64,000 bases of DNA, from assembly GCA_963756875.1 (NCBI GenBank), contig CAVWPA010000001.1, positions 224,001 through 288,000 of the forward strand. Direction: 5' to 3'. Both the position numbers and the translations under genes were made by a program. Source of the stretch: an uncultured Verrucomicrobiae bacterium (lineage in GTDB: Bacteria; Verrucomicrobiota; Verrucomicrobiia; Chthoniobacterales; UBA10450). The notes beneath the pieces were generated by a model. That model was not told the origin of the DNA. It did not search any database and was given only the letters and a program-made list of their open reading frames with translations. The stretch's first letter is position 1, and each line of letters begins with the position of its first letter. Of this stretch, positions 10,779 through 21,899 are shown piece after piece.

Positions 10779-12200
10779 ATGGCAGAAAAGAGTACTCCGC
10801 GGTTGGAACGCGCACTGACCTTGCGCGACCTGGTGCTTTTCAATTTCGCTGCGGTGATCGGAATCACCTGGGTGGCTACGTCAGCCAAGGCCGGACCGAG
10901 TTCGTTGACCTTGTGGGTGCTGGCCGCGGTTTTCTTTTTCGTTCCGCTCGGTCTCGCCGTGATTCAACTCTCTTCAAGTTACCCGGACGAAGGCGGTATC
11001 TATGCCTGGACCAAGAAGGAGTTCGGCGAAGGTCACGGCTTTCTCTGCGGCTGGTGTTACTGGGTTAACAATGTTCTTTATTATCCAACCCTGCTCCTCT
11101 CGGCTGCTGTCATTGCGACTTACATTTTCGGCCTGGGCGAAAGTGGCCTGGCCGACAATTGGATTTACGTATTGCCATTCGCGCTCATCGCGCTTGCCCT
11201 GGCGGTTGTGCTCAACGTCATCGGGCTAGGCACCGGAAAATGGCTGCAAAACATCGGCGGTATCTGCGCCTACATCCCCGGGCTTGTTCTGATTTTGCTC
11301 GGCTTCTATGCCGCCCTGACGAAGGCCCCTGCAAATACCATGACTCTCTCGCAATTAAAGCCGAACCTCACGAACCTGCCCATGCTGAATCTCTGGGCGA
11401 CGATCGCCTTCGCTTTTTCGGGACTTGAACTTTCATCGACAATGGGCAACGAAATTCACAATCCGCGCCGCAATCTGCCGCGCTCGATTTACATCGCCGC
11501 GCCGTTGGTCGCGCTCATTTACATCTGCGGCACGGGCTCGATGCTTTGGCTCGTTCCTCAGAATGGCCTCAATATGGTGGCAGGCCCGCTTCAGGGAATC
11601 GCCAACGGCATGCGCGACTTCGGTACCACGTGGTTCTGGGTCGCGCCGGCTGCGGCATTCTGCCTTACTCTGGCAAGAATCGGCGGCCTCGGGGCGTGGC
11701 TCACCGGTTCGGCGCGTGTCGCATTCGTCGTTGGGCTCGATCACTATTTTCCGCCGGCTTTTGGCTGGGTTCATCCGCGCTGGCGCACGCCATATGTCGC
11801 GATCATCGTCCAGGCGCCGCTCGCTGTTTTATTTCTCCTACTCTCGGTGCTGGGCAAAGGAACGACTGTCGAACGGGCTTTTCTTATCTTGATCGACATG
11901 TCGCTGCTCATCTATTTCATCCCGTACGTTTATCTTTTTATCTGTTTCATCGTTCACTGTTGGAAAAACAGAACGGAAAAATCTCTCCTCGTTCCCGGCG
12001 GAGCAGGCGGCGCGCTGGCGGTGGGACTCTGCGGCCTGTCGATCACAGTTTTCGCGATGATCGTATCGATGATTCCGCCGCCTGGTACCTCAGGCATCTG
12101 GATTTACGAAACGAAGCTCGGCGGCGGCTCGCTCTTCCTCGTTCTCCTTGGTCTATTTATCTACTGGCGCGCAAAGAGACGTCTCACACGAACGAGCTGA
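10779..12200 (+). CDS. APC family amino acid permease
   Basis: ~12 [32 protein letters not shown]. Confidence 0.9.
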   Translation: MAEKSTPRLERALTLRDLVLFNFAAVIGITWVATSAKAGPSSLTLWVLAAVFFFVPLGLAVIQLSSSYPDEGGIYAWTKKEFGEGHGFLCGWCYWVNNVLYYPTLLLSAAVIATYIFGLGESGLADNWIYVLPFALIALALAVVLNVIGLGTGKWLQNIGGICAYIPGLVLILLGFYAALTKAPANTMTLSQLKPNLTNLPMLNLWATIAFAFSGLELSSTMGNEIHNPRRNLPRSIYIAAPLVALIYICGTGSMLWLVPQNGLNMVAGPLQGIANGMRDFGTTWFWVAPAAAFCLTLARIGGLGAWLTGSARVAFVVGLDHYFPPAFGWVHPRWRTPYVAIIVQAPLAVLFLLLSVLGKGTTVERAFLILIDMSLLIYFIPYVYLFICFIVHCWKNRTEKSLLVPGGAGGALAVGLCGLSITVFAMIVSMIPPPGTSGIWIYETKLGGGSLFLVLLGLFIYWRAKRRLTRTS

Positions 12201-12852
12201 TCAAATCGACGTCCTTGCGGTGAATATCCGGAACCACGGTATTTTCGGCAGGATGGCCAACGACCAGAAGCAGAAAAGGCTTTTCATAGGCTGGTCGTTT
12301 TAAAATGCGATTTAGAAATGCCATCGGGCTGGGCGTGTGCGTAAGAGAAACGAGCCCGGCCTGATGGATCGCTGCGACTAAAAATCCCGTGGCGATGCCG
12401 ACCGATTCGGTTGCGTAGTAATGTTTCATTCGCCGGCCGTTTGGCAGAATTTTGTACGGTTGCGAAAAAATCGCGATCAACCAGGGCGCAGTTTCCAGGA
12501 ACGGCTTGCGCCAGTCGGTGCCGAGTGGCGCCAAAGCTTCGAGCCATTCTTTAGGAGCACGGTGCTCGTAGAATTCGCGCTCCTCTTTTTCGGCCTCGAT
12601 TCGGATCTCGTGTTTGACTGCCGGATCGCTGACGGCGACGAAATGCCACGGTTGCATGTTTGCTCCGCTCGGTGCGGTCCCCGCCACGCGCAGGCAATCT
12701 TGGATAAGCTCCCGTGCGACCGGGCGCTCCGAAAAATCGCGTACTGTCCGGCGCCGCATCATTGTCTCGCGAAACTCTGCGACCCTTTTCGCCAGATCGG
12801 CATCGGAGAGGTGAGGACCTTTGGGCAACGGGATGAAATGCGGCTCGGCCAT
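12184..12852 (-). CDS. Nitroreductase family, iodotyrosine deiodinase-like
   Basis: [44 protein letters not shown]. Confidence 0.82.
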   Translation of the reverse strand: MAEPHFIPLPKGPHLSDADLAKRVAEFRETMMRRRTVRDFSERPVARELIQDCLRVAGTAPSGANMQPWHFVAVSDPAVKHEIRIEAEKEEREFYEHRAPKEWLEALAPLGTDWRKPFLETAPWLIAIFSQPYKILPNGRRMKHYYATESVGIATGFLVAAIHQAGLVSLTHTPSPMAFLNRILKRPAYEKPFLLLVVGHPAENTVVPDIHRKDVDLISSFV

Positions 12853-12897
12853 GCCGCGCAATTTATCCAGCAACTTTCCGCGCGAAAGGGGGCGCCT

Positions 12898-14241
12898 CTA
12901 ATCGCCCTGGGCCACCGCGTCTGCAAAAGCGACGTCGCCCGATTTTAAATCAAGCTCGGCTTCCGCGGATGTGCCGAAGACGCGTGCGCGGTTCTCGTCG
13001 AATTCCTTTTCCCAGCGCGCGACGACCACGGTCGCGAGACAATTTCCAATCACGTTGACACAGGTGCGCCCCATATCCATCAATTCGTCCACGCCGAAAA
13101 TGACGGCGACACCGACGGCTCCGAGGCCTGCCGGCACAAATGAATTCAATGTGGCAAGCAAAATGACCAGCGACGCGCGCGGCACACCCGCTACTCCCTT
13201 GGACGTGAGCATTAACGTCAGCATCATCGTAATCTGCTGACCAATTCCCATGTGCCAGCCCATGGTCGTCTCGGCGGCCTGCGCAACGAACACGGACGCT
13301 GTCGCGAGATACAATGTCGATCCTGTAAGATTGAATGAATAGCCTGTCGGCATCACGAACCCGACAACGTGCGGAGGCACGCCGAATCGCTCCATGGCCT
13401 CCATCGCTTTTGGCAACGCGGACTCACTGCTTGTCGTCGCGAATGCGAGGGCGGCAGGCTCCCGCACCGCGCGCACGAATTGCCGCAACGGGACGCGTAC
13501 AATAAAAATGACCGCGCCAAAAACGAGCACGACCAAAATGACCAGAGCGATGTAAAGTGAGAGGATTAGCTCGCCGAGATTCTCGAGCACGCCAAGGCCG
13601 TGCGCCGCAACCGTGTGCGCCATGGCTGCCCCGACGCCGACCGGCGCGAACATCATCACGTAATTGGTGAATTTGAACATGATCTGCGAGAGGCTTTCCA
13701 TCGCGCGAACCATCGGCCTGCCTTTTTCTCCAATCGCGGATATGGCCAGCGCAAAAAGGACGGAGAAGGCAACGATCTGCAGCACGTCGCCGCGCACCAT
13801 GGAATCAATGACGCTGGACGGGAAGACGTGCACCAGCGTCTGAACAAAGCTGGCGGGATGAGTTTGGCCGATCGTTTTAATGGCGTCGGTGCTGCCGGCG
13901 GCGAGCGTGACGCCAACCCCCGGCTTCATAAAATTCACGACCGCCAGTCCAATGACGAGCGCCGCAGTCGTTACGAGCTCGAAATAGATCAACGCCTTCA
14001 GACCCATTCGGCCGATTTTTCGTAGCGCGCCCGCACCGGCGATTCCGACGACAATGGTTGAGAAGACGAGCGGCGCGATGATCGACTTGATTAGATTGAT
14101 GAAGATGTCGCGCAGGAAATAGACGGCGTTTCCCCAGTCGGGCCGAAGCCATCCAATCAGCGCGCCAGCGACAAGGCCGATCATGATCTGCGTGGTTAAC
14201 GACGGGCGATACCACGGTCGGCGGGTAGTCTTCGCAGTCAT
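12898..14241 (-). CDS. Dicarboxylate/amino acid:cation symporter (DAACS)
   Basis: AFATTSSESALP, TGYSFNL, TSKGVAGVPRAS, MDMGRTCVNVIGN. Confidence 0.92.
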   Translation of the reverse strand: MTAKTTRRPWYRPSLTTQIMIGLVAGALIGWLRPDWGNAVYFLRDIFINLIKSIIAPLVFSTIVVGIAGAGALRKIGRMGLKALIYFELVTTAALVIGLAVVNFMKPGVGVTLAAGSTDAIKTIGQTHPASFVQTLVHVFPSSVIDSMVRGDVLQIVAFSVLFALAISAIGEKGRPMVRAMESLSQIMFKFTNYVMMFAPVGVGAAMAHTVAAHGLGVLENLGELILSLYIALVILVVLVFGAVIFIVRVPLRQFVRAVREPAALAFATTSSESALPKAMEAMERFGVPPHVVGFVMPTGYSFNLTGSTLYLATASVFVAQAAETTMGWHMGIGQQITMMLTLMLTSKGVAGVPRASLVILLATLNSFVPAGLGAVGVAVIFGVDELMDMGRTCVNVIGNCLATVVVARWEKEFDENRARVFGTSAEAELDLKSGDVAFADAVAQGD

Positions 14242-14291
14242 CGCGTCGCTTTTAGCACAAAGCGCGAGAATAAAACAGCGTGTGTTTCTGA

Positions 14292-14428
14292 TCCGCGTAA
14301 CGCACGCGTCTCGCGTGCTGGTTTCGGCGCCCTCGCCGAAACAGGCTTTTCTTTGGCGCGCAACCGGAGGGAAAGTTCGCGATGGCGAGACGCCATCGCC
14401 AGCACGCGAGACGCGTGCGCTACCCGGA
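14292..14428. repeat. Long REP-like inverted element (CGCACGCGTCTCGCGTGCTGG family)
   Basis: Near-perfect inverted arms plus internal hairpins; relatives at 58261-58382 and (degenerate) 46010-46146. Confidence 0.85.
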
Positions 14429-14450
14429 AAGATGCGCTCAATTAGGCGTA

Positions 14451-15626
14451 ATGTTTCTGAGGGATCTCGAGTGCTCGTCCTGTGGGCTTCGGCACGAATG
14501 GGCGCGGTTGCAGAATGTTTGCACCGCGTGCGGCAAACCGCTTTTTGCCGTCGTTGATCTTGCCGCGGCAGGCAAACTTGACTGCTTAAAGCAGTCAAGT
14601 TTGCGCGAGGCTTTTAGAGCCCGCGAGAAATCGTTGTGGCGTTACCGTGAACTTCTGCCACTGCCGGCCGACGCCGAGCCGATTTCGTTAGGCGAAGGCG
14701 GAACACCACTGCTGCGCGCGAAGAAATTTGGCGAAGACATTGATCTTTGGATTAAGGACGAATCGCAAAATCCGACGCAAAGTTTCAAGGCGCGCGGCAT
14801 GTCCGTGGCCGTCTCAATGGCGAAATTTCTGGGGGCGACGAAGCTCGCTGTGCCGAGCGCGGGTAACGCCGGCGGCGCCCTTGCGGCTTACGCTGCTCGT
14901 GCAGGTGTCGAGAGTCACATCTTCATGCCGCGCGACACGCCGCGCGCAAACATCGTCGAATGCAGGGAGCTGGGCGCACATGTTACACTCATTGACGGAC
15001 TCATCACGGATTGCGGCGCAGAGATTGCGCGCCGCAAAACAGCCGAGGGCTGGTTCGATATGTCCACACTAAAGGAACCGTACCGTCTCGAGGGAAAAAA
15101 GACCCTCGGCTACGAATTGGCGGAGCAGCTCGATTGGAAACTGCCCGATGCGATTCTTTATCCAACCGGCGGCGGCACGGGCCTCATCGGAATGTGGAAG
15201 GCGTTCGACGAAATGGAAGCGCTCGGTTGGATCGATAAGAAGCGTCCGCGCATGTTTTCCGTGCAGGCAAGCGGATGCGCTCCAATCGTTCGCGCGTTTG
15301 AGGCCGGAGAAGAATTCGCTGCCGAGTTTCCAAACGCGCACACTTGCGCATCGGGTCTTCGCGTTCCGAAAGCGATCGGCGATTTCCTCATGCTCAAAAT
15401 TCTTCGCCAGTCCGATGGCGGCGCCGTGACTGTCGACGACGAGGAGATGATCCGCATGACCCGCGAGGTGGGATCAAGTGAGGGCGTGTTCGTCGCACCC
15501 GAGGGCGCAGCCTGCTTCGCGGCATTGAGGTCACTCCGTTCCGCTGGCAAAATCTCAGCCGGCGAAAAAGTGGTGATCTTCAACACCGGCTCGGGCATTA
15601 AATATCTCGACTGCTACGATTCGTAA
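14451..15626 (+). CDS. thrC: Threonine synthase
   Basis: [50 protein letters not shown]. Confidence 0.85.
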   Translation: MFLRDLECSSCGLRHEWARLQNVCTACGKPLFAVVDLAAAGKLDCLKQSSLREAFRAREKSLWRYRELLPLPADAEPISLGEGGTPLLRAKKFGEDIDLWIKDESQNPTQSFKARGMSVAVSMAKFLGATKLAVPSAGNAGGALAAYAARAGVESHIFMPRDTPRANIVECRELGAHVTLIDGLITDCGAEIARRKTAEGWFDMSTLKEPYRLEGKKTLGYELAEQLDWKLPDAILYPTGGGTGLIGMWKAFDEMEALGWIDKKRPRMFSVQASGCAPIVRAFEAGEEFAAEFPNAHTCASGLRVPKAIGDFLMLKILRQSDGGAVTVDDEEMIRMTREVGSSEGVFVAPEGAACFAALRSLRSAGKISAGEKVVIFNTGSGIKYLDCYDS

Positions 15627-15729
15627 GCTGCGATACAGGCTTTCGGAGCTCGCTCGCGAAGGCTTTCGGAGTTGAGGATTGAGCCTTGAGTTGGCAAGCT
15701 TTGAAAAATCTCAACCACTAATCCACCGG

Positions 15730-17394
15730 ATGCCCGCTGTTCTAAATCTGCTCCGAATCAAGAATCTCGCCCTCGTTGAAGAGCTTGAGTGGCAGATCGC
15801 GCCCGGCTTTGTTGCAGTCACTGGCGAGACCGGCGCGGGGAAATCGATCATTATCGGGGCGCTGCAACTTTTACTCGGTGAACGAGCGGACAAATCGCTT
15901 ATCCGAACCGGGGCCGACATTTGCACCGTGGAAGCAATCTTCACGGGCGACGGTTTGCAGAAATTAAATTTGCAGCTGGTCGAGGCCGGCATTGAACCGT
16001 GCGAGAGCGATCTCATCATCAAGCGCACTTTGTCCGCCGCTGGAAGTAATCGCCAGTTCATCAACGGGTCGCCTACCACATTGTCCATTCTGAAAAGCCT
16101 GGGCGACGGTCTGGTGGACCTTCACGGACCGCACGACCATCAATCGCTGCTCTCGCCGGAGAAGCAGCTGGATCTGCTCGACTCCTTCGCAAGGGCCCGG
16201 GAACAGCTTGAACAGTATCAAAAGTATTTCCGGCAATTGCAGGCCCTGGTGGCGGAGCATGCCGCTCTTAATACCGCCGAAACGGCTCGTGAGCAGGAGC
16301 TCGATTTGCTGCGCCATCAAATCGCCGAAATTTCGGGAGCCAATCTCGTCGCGGGCGAAGAGGAAGAGATCGAAAGGCGTTACAAGCTCGCCAGCAATAG
16401 CAAGCGGTTGATCGAACTTGCCGGTGCGATCGCAGGCAAACTTTCGGAAGCGGACGGCTCTGTGCTTTCGCAACTCGCGGAAACACAGCGTCTGCTACGC
16501 GAGTTGGAAAAAATCGATCATTCCATTTCGCAATTTTCCACGACGCATGAAACGGCTGTGATCGAACTTTCCGAAACCGCGCGTTCTCTTTCCGATTACG
16601 CCGAAAAGCTCGATCTCGATCCAGCGCAGCTGGCCGCGCTCGAGGAACGCGTCTCGCTTTTTGAAACGTTGAAGCGCAAGTACGGCGGCTCGATCGCGGA
16701 AGTAATCGCATTTGGCGATCGGGCAGCCGAGCGCATGCGCAAAATCGAGGGACGCGACGTCGAACTGGAACGTCTGGCGAAAGAAATCGAAGAAACGCGC
16801 CGTCAAATGGATCGCGCCGGCGAAGCGTTGCGCAAACTGCGCGCCAGGGCCGCGCCGAAACTTTCTGAAATGATCCGAAAAAATTTGGCTGATCTCGGTT
16901 TTCGCCAGTCCGAGTTCGAAGCAAAGCTCAATGCTCTGGACGAGCCGCGCATAAACGGTTTCGATTCAGCCGAATTGCTATTTTCACCGAATCCCGGCGA
17001 ACCGCTGAAACCGCTTCGTGCAATCGCCTCCAGTGGTGAAATTTCTCGCGTGATGCTTGCGGTCAAATCCGCGCTCGCAGCACACGACGCGATTCCCTTG
17101 CTGGTGTTCGATGAGATCGATACGAATGTGGGAGGCGAAATTGCGCACGCGGTCGGCGCGAAAATGCGAACGCTGGCGAGCGAGCATCAGCTCATCTGCA
17201 TCACGCACCTCGCGCCGGTCGCAGCTGCTGCTTCTTCGCATTTTGTGGTGACAAAGGATGTGGTGCGCGGTCGCACGTTTTCGAATTTGTGCGAAGTGAG
17301 CGGCAAGGCGCGCCAGGAAGAAATCGCGCGCATGCTGGGCGGAAAAAGCGAATCGGCGTTGCAACTTGCCGCGACACTGCTGAAGGGCCGGTAG
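15730..17394 (+). CDS. recN: DNA repair protein RecN
   Basis: TGETGAGKS, IASSGEISR, LVFDEID, CITHL, EIARMLGG. Confidence 0.96.
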   Translation: MPAVLNLLRIKNLALVEELEWQIAPGFVAVTGETGAGKSIIIGALQLLLGERADKSLIRTGADICTVEAIFTGDGLQKLNLQLVEAGIEPCESDLIIKRTLSAAGSNRQFINGSPTTLSILKSLGDGLVDLHGPHDHQSLLSPEKQLDLLDSFARAREQLEQYQKYFRQLQALVAEHAALNTAETAREQELDLLRHQIAEISGANLVAGEEEEIERRYKLASNSKRLIELAGAIAGKLSEADGSVLSQLAETQRLLRELEKIDHSISQFSTTHETAVIELSETARSLSDYAEKLDLDPAQLAALEERVSLFETLKRKYGGSIAEVIAFGDRAAERMRKIEGRDVELERLAKEIEETRRQMDRAGEALRKLRARAAPKLSEMIRKNLADLGFRQSEFEAKLNALDEPRINGFDSAELLFSPNPGEPLKPLRAIASSGEISRVMLAVKSALAAHDAIPLLVFDEIDTNVGGEIAHAVGAKMRTLASEHQLICITHLAPVAAAASSHFVVTKDVVRGRTFSNLCEVSGKARQEEIARMLGGKSESALQLAATLLKGR

Positions 17395-17578
17395 GGATGG
17401 CTCTCAGAGCCGTCCGATGAATCCTTCGAGGGTCCCTCTTTATAAATTGTAGGGTGTTTGATTCGCTTTTTTCCAAAAAAGCTCGCCCTTTCTGCCCTTC
17501 CCGTCTATGTCGCTCGCGTCCCCGCGGCTCCATTCTGTGAACCCCGAAAGCCTTCGGGGCTGACACAGACGCCCTACA
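17390..17578. repeat. GTAG REP hairpin (17390-17416) plus REP doublet (17448-17578)
   Basis: GTAGGGATGGCTCTCAGAGCCGTCC; TGTAGGGTGTTTG...CAGACGCCCTACA. Confidence 0.7.
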
Positions 17579-17580
17579 AA

Positions 17581-18171
17581 TTATGTCGTCACAGGCCCAA
17601 GCGGCAACACCGTTTTGCCGTACAGTTCGTTCAGCACTTGCGCGAGCCCGGCGTAGATCGCGGAGAAACCGCAGAGAATCCCTTCATAGCCGGTGGCGTG
17701 TCTAAACCCTGCACTCGCGCCCGTGAAATCGCCGAATGCGAGCAGAAAGAACAGAATCGTCAGGGTCCCGAAAACAACCTGCAGCGCCCGGTTAAGTCGC
17801 AAAGTGCCGATAAACATGACGGCGGTGAAAAGTCCCCACATGGCGAGATAAGCAGCCATTGCCGTTTCATTGGACGGCGCTCCCCATCCCAGTTTTGCCA
17901 GGACAATCAGTGTGACGAGAGAGAGCCAAAACAGCCCGTAGGAGACGAACGCGGTCACGGCAAAAGTGTTTCCCTTTTTCCATTCCATGGCGCCGGCGAT
18001 GAGTTGCGCGGCGCCGCCGTAGCAAATGCCCATTGCCAGGATCATGCTGTTGAGCTCAAAAAAACCTGCGTTGTGAAAGTTGAGCAGGACGGTAGTCATG
18101 CCGAAGCCGAGCAACCCCAGCGGGGCGGGATTCCCCGTGGTGTCTTTGATTTGAATAGCCTCTCCGTTCAT
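17581..18171 (-). CDS. satP: Acetate/succinate uptake transporter (GPR1/FUN34/YaaH)
   Basis: [14 protein letters not shown] signature; 6 TM. Confidence 0.9.
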   Translation of the reverse strand: MNGEAIQIKDTTGNPAPLGLLGFGMTTVLLNFHNAGFFELNSMILAMGICYGGAAQLIAGAMEWKKGNTFAVTAFVSYGLFWLSLVTLIVLAKLGWGAPSNETAMAAYLAMWGLFTAVMFIGTLRLNRALQVVFGTLTILFFLLAFGDFTGASAGFRHATGYEGILCGFSAIYAGLAQVLNELYGKTVLPLGPVTT

Positions 18172-18280
18172 GAGAGCCAGTCTGTTGAGAAACGGTTCGA
18201 CAGCGCAATCACAATATTGGGTGATTGGCGCGATAAGCGGCAGTGATATTGATCAATCGCCAGTTTGAGGTTGAACAGCG

Positions 18281-18325
18281 CGCCCTGACCTCAGTCCCCT
18301 CCCTCAGGGAGAGAAGGTAAGGGCG
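18281..18325. repeat. Degenerate palindromic element (CCCTGACC...TCCC/GGGAGAG)
   Basis: CGCCC...GGGCG ends with inner TCCCT/AGGGA stem in intergenic region. Confidence 0.4.
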
Positions 18326-18392
18326 GTTTCACATCGATCCATCTGGTCGAACAGGCCTTGGCATAAGCGCTTCTACAATTTATTAAGAACGG

Positions 18393-19748
18393 GTGCTCAA
18401 TTTCATCTGGCTAGGGCTGGTCGTGCTGGCGGTCGCCATCGGCGGTTGGAACAACCGTTTCGCAGAAGTAACCGCTGGCGCGCTCGACGGAGCCAAGACG
18501 GCGGTCGTGATCGCGTTGGGACTGATCGGGATCATGGCGTTATGGCTCGGTGTGATGCGACTGGCGGAGCGCGCCGGTCTCGTCCAGCGAATGGCGCTTG
18601 GGCTGCGCCCGTTGCTAAGCCGCCTTTTCCCGGAAATTCCACCCGACCATCCCGCGATGGGTTCGATGTTGATGAACATGGCGGCAAACATGCTCGGCCT
18701 CGGCAATGCCGCGACGCCGCTCGGCCTGCGCGCGATGCGAGATCTGGAGGCGCTTAATCCGCGGCCGGGCGTAGCCAGTAACGCCATGTGCACGTTTCTG
18801 GCGATCAACACAAGCTCAGTGCAACTGATTCCGACCACGGCGATCGCGATCCTCGTCGCGGCGGGATCGGCCAGACCGACGGCGATTGTCGGCACCGCGC
18901 TCATCGCGACTCTTTGCGCGGCAACGGTGGCGATCGCTTCGGCCAAATTTTTGCAAGATCTGCCGATCTTCCGGGCCGTTGCCGTAAAGGATTCGAACGA
19001 ACCTGAGCCGAAAGTGCAAGCTCCAGCCAAGCCATCGACAGACCATCTTGCGTTCGATGACGAATCGCTCGCGCAACCGCCGGCCGTCCGGCCCGCGGCC
19101 TGGGGTTCGATCGCCATGGTGCTGCTGGGAGTCTTCTTCGGAATGGCTTTTCTTCGAATGGTGGCGCCGGGAGTTTTTCATCTTCCTCTTCCGGCGGAGG
19201 TGGCGAATCAGAATCTATTTGCGCGCTCGGTGAACGCACTGTCGATCCTGGCAATTCCGTTTTTGCTCAGCTTTTTTCCAATCTATGCGGCGGCGCGCGG
19301 CCTGAAGGTCTATGACGAGTTTGTGGAAGGAGCAAAGGAAGGGTTCAACGTTATTCTGAAAATTATCCCGTTCCTGGTGACGATGCTGGTGGCCATCGGC
19401 ATGTTCAAAGGCGCAGGCGGAATCGAATTGCTGACGCAGGCGCTCAGTCCCATTTTAACGCCGCTGCATTTTCCACCTCAACTGGTGCCCCTGGCGTTGA
19501 TGCGGCCGTTGAGTGGGAGCGCGACGCTGGCCCTGTTGACCGAGGTCGTTCATAACCTGGGGCCTGACAGCATCATTAGCCTGATGGCCGCCACGATCTA
19601 TGGAAGCACGGAGACGACATTTTATGTGGCAACGGTTTATTTTGGATCGGTCGGCATCCGGCAAACACGGCATGCGATTCCTGCGGGTTTGCTGGCCGAC
19701 CTGACTGGAGTGATTGCGTCCGTGATTATTTGCCGGGCGGTGTTGTAG
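18393..19748 (+). CDS. SpmA/SpmB fusion, nucleoside-recognition (Gate) membrane protein
   Basis: ANMLGLGNAATPLG, RPLSGS, GSTETTFY. Confidence 0.9.
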   Translation: MLNFIWLGLVVLAVAIGGWNNRFAEVTAGALDGAKTAVVIALGLIGIMALWLGVMRLAERAGLVQRMALGLRPLLSRLFPEIPPDHPAMGSMLMNMAANMLGLGNAATPLGLRAMRDLEALNPRPGVASNAMCTFLAINTSSVQLIPTTAIAILVAAGSARPTAIVGTALIATLCAATVAIASAKFLQDLPIFRAVAVKDSNEPEPKVQAPAKPSTDHLAFDDESLAQPPAVRPAAWGSIAMVLLGVFFGMAFLRMVAPGVFHLPLPAEVANQNLFARSVNALSILAIPFLLSFFPIYAAARGLKVYDEFVEGAKEGFNVILKIIPFLVTMLVAIGMFKGAGGIELLTQALSPILTPLHFPPQLVPLALMRPLSGSATLALLTEVVHNLGPDSIISLMAATIYGSTETTFYVATVYFGSVGIRQTRHAIPAGLLADLTGVIASVIICRAVL

Positions 19749-19796
19749 CGACCGGCGAGCGATAAAGGTCGAACGTGCCACAGACACATGGCTACA
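19744..19796. repeat. Degenerate GTAG REP doublet
   Basis: TGTAGC...GCTACA ends. Confidence 0.55.
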
Positions 19797-19908
19797 GCGC
19801 CGTTTCCGAAAGCAAAGGGTGCCTGGAAGAGTCGTAACAAGTTGCAAATGACACAATTTTTCCCTCGCCAGTTGCTGAATTGATTGCCTATCGTCACGTT
19901 CGTTAGAA

Positions 19909-21090
19909 ATGATTCAACGCGATTATCTCATCGTCGGCAGCGGGATCGGCGGCGCCAGTGCGTGCGAAGGAATTCGCAAGTACGACAAGCGCGGCACAAT
20001 CACGCTGGTTGGCGCGGAAATGTCTCCCACGTATAAGCGCTGGATTCTGTCGAAGAGTTTTTTGCGCGAAAAAAATCCGGACCTGAAGAAGCTGCAGGAG
20101 TTTGATGAACGCTGGTTTCGCGCGCACAAGGTCGAGACCCGGTTGGGGACAATTGTGACGCAATTTAACATCGACCGGCGCCTGGCCGTGCTGGCGAACG
20201 GCCAGAGCATCGAGTTTAAGAAGGCCTGCCTGGCGATGGGTAGCCGGCCGGTAAGGCCGCCGGTGGCGGGCGTGACCCTGGGGAACGTTATTTATTTGCG
20301 GACGGTTCGCGATGCGCTTGCCCTGCGCGAAATGGCAGGCCTTGAAAAGACAGTCACGGTGGTCGGCGGCGGTTTACTGGCCTGTGAAGCCGCGGCCAGT
20401 CTGCGAATGATGAAGCTGAAAGTAAGCATCATGCATCGAGACGCGTATTTGCTGAATCGGTACGTTGATTCGCAAACAGGCGCGTGGCTCACGGAGTATT
20501 TTATCAAACATGGCGTCACCATGCTGGTGGGAGAAAGCCTCAATGGTTTCGAAGGAAAGACGGTCTTGCGGAATATTCAGACAAAGAGCGGGAATCGTGT
20601 GCCCGCCGGACTGGCGGTGGTGGCGTGCGGCGCGGAACCGAACCTCGATCTGGTACGCAACACGCCGCTCTCAGGACCGCATGGCTCGCCGGTAACGGAA
20701 TATCTGGAGACGGAGGAAAAAGGAATTTACGCTATCGGCGACCTGGCGTTTTACCCGGACCGATTGATGGGTGGCGTGCGCCGACAGACGCACTGGGAAA
20801 ACGCGCGGGAACAAGGGTTAATCGCGGGGGCGAACATGACGGGTAAAAAGCGCATTCGCTACGAACAGATTCCCTACTTCTGGACTGAAATGTTCGATCT
20901 GACGATGCACTTCGTGGGCGACTTCAGCATACCTCCAACGCGGATCGACCTCCGCGGCACGCATGCCAAGAGAAAATTCGTTGCGCGCCATTACCAGGGA
21001 GAAAAATTGCGCGGCATTTTGCTTTGTAATCAAACGCGGCATGAAATCGATGTGGCGAAAAAGGAGGTGCGTCACGCCTTGGGGAAATGA
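19909..21090 (+). CDS. FAD/NAD(P)-dependent oxidoreductase (ferredoxin reductase-like)
   Basis: IVGSGIGG, VIYLRTVRDA, IYAIGD, PYFWTEMFD. Confidence 0.88.
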   Translation: MIQRDYLIVGSGIGGASACEGIRKYDKRGTITLVGAEMSPTYKRWILSKSFLREKNPDLKKLQEFDERWFRAHKVETRLGTIVTQFNIDRRLAVLANGQSIEFKKACLAMGSRPVRPPVAGVTLGNVIYLRTVRDALALREMAGLEKTVTVVGGGLLACEAAASLRMMKLKVSIMHRDAYLLNRYVDSQTGAWLTEYFIKHGVTMLVGESLNGFEGKTVLRNIQTKSGNRVPAGLAVVACGAEPNLDLVRNTPLSGPHGSPVTEYLETEEKGIYAIGDLAFYPDRLMGGVRRQTHWENAREQGLIAGANMTGKKRIRYEQIPYFWTEMFDLTMHFVGDFSIPPTRIDLRGTHAKRKFVARHYQGEKLRGILLCNQTRHEIDVAKKEVRHALGK

Positions 21091-21129
21091 ATCTGCAGTT
21101 GGCTTCGTTCTCGCGTCGTCGCGGTGCGT

Positions 21130-21621
21130 TCACTCGAAGCCCGGCGAAATTTCAAGCTCGGGATTGGTAACGTAAACGAGTCTCCAGTCCCACGGTTTGC
21201 TCGACATTCGACGCCACGTCAGTTCGAATGGTTTCGAGAGTGCATTGACGCGCTGTTTGACCAGAGCAGTTGCGTCGTCGGCACTGGCGCCATCCATTAC
21301 GATTCTGGCCCGCAAAATCCCCCGATGTCCGTCGATTTCCACCGTCGGATCAACCAACTGAATTTTCACGCGGCGCATGTAGCGAAAGACCTCTTGTGTC
21401 CGGGCCAGCACAAGCGAACGGTCGTCGCCCCATCGATCTTTGTAGTCGCTCCCGATGAAAGCGCCGACAGCAGCCCAGTTTTTTTTCTCCAGGTTTCGAA
21501 GAAGATTTTCCGTGTGACGATTCACCTGGCGTTGCGGTTGCCAAAGCCAGATCAGGAAGAGGCCGTTAACTAAAGCGAGCCCGAGCCCGGCGTAGAATCC
21601 CTCACGTAACCAGTTGCTCAT
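21130..21621 (-). CDS. Hypothetical membrane-anchored protein (possibly NTF2-like)
   Basis: N-terminal TM then DYKDRWGDDR...beta-rich domain. Confidence 0.6.
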   Translation of the reverse strand: MSNWLREGFYAGLGLALVNGLFLIWLWQPQRQVNRHTENLLRNLEKKNWAAVGAFIGSDYKDRWGDDRSLVLARTQEVFRYMRRVKIQLVDPTVEIDGHRGILRARIVMDGASADDATALVKQRVNALSKPFELTWRRMSSKPWDWRLVYVTNPELEISPGFE

Positions 21622-21797
21622 GTTGGCAAATCTAGTCCAACTGCCGAACGGTGCACCAGGCTGGGGCTGTCGCGCGGCGCACCCGCCAAAGTGCTTGTCC
21701 GATTTTCCATTGTCGATGCCGAGCCGGACGGAAAATTGCGTTGACGCGCCCCGGGTAAACGGGCATGAAGCGTGCTCACAAGAAGGAGCTTTGATTA

Positions 21798-21881
21798 ATG
21801 CTGACCCTCGGTGCTTTTGCGATTGCTGTCGTCGCTGTCCTTGCGTGCGTCTGGTGGGCATGTTTGGACGAGACCGACTAA
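21798..21881 (+). CDS. Putative 27-aa single-TM small protein
   Basis: AAGGAG 9 nt before ATG; MLTLGAFAIAVVAVLACVWWACLDETD. Confidence 0.4.
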   Translation: MLTLGAFAIAVVAVLACVWWACLDETD

Positions 21882-21899
21882 ACTTGGAAGGGGCGGCTT

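Noticed and set aside
21792..21794. Selenocysteine or Trp read-through of TGA in the small ORF
   Set aside because: TGA is used as a normal stop throughout the window and no SECIS-like context is evident.
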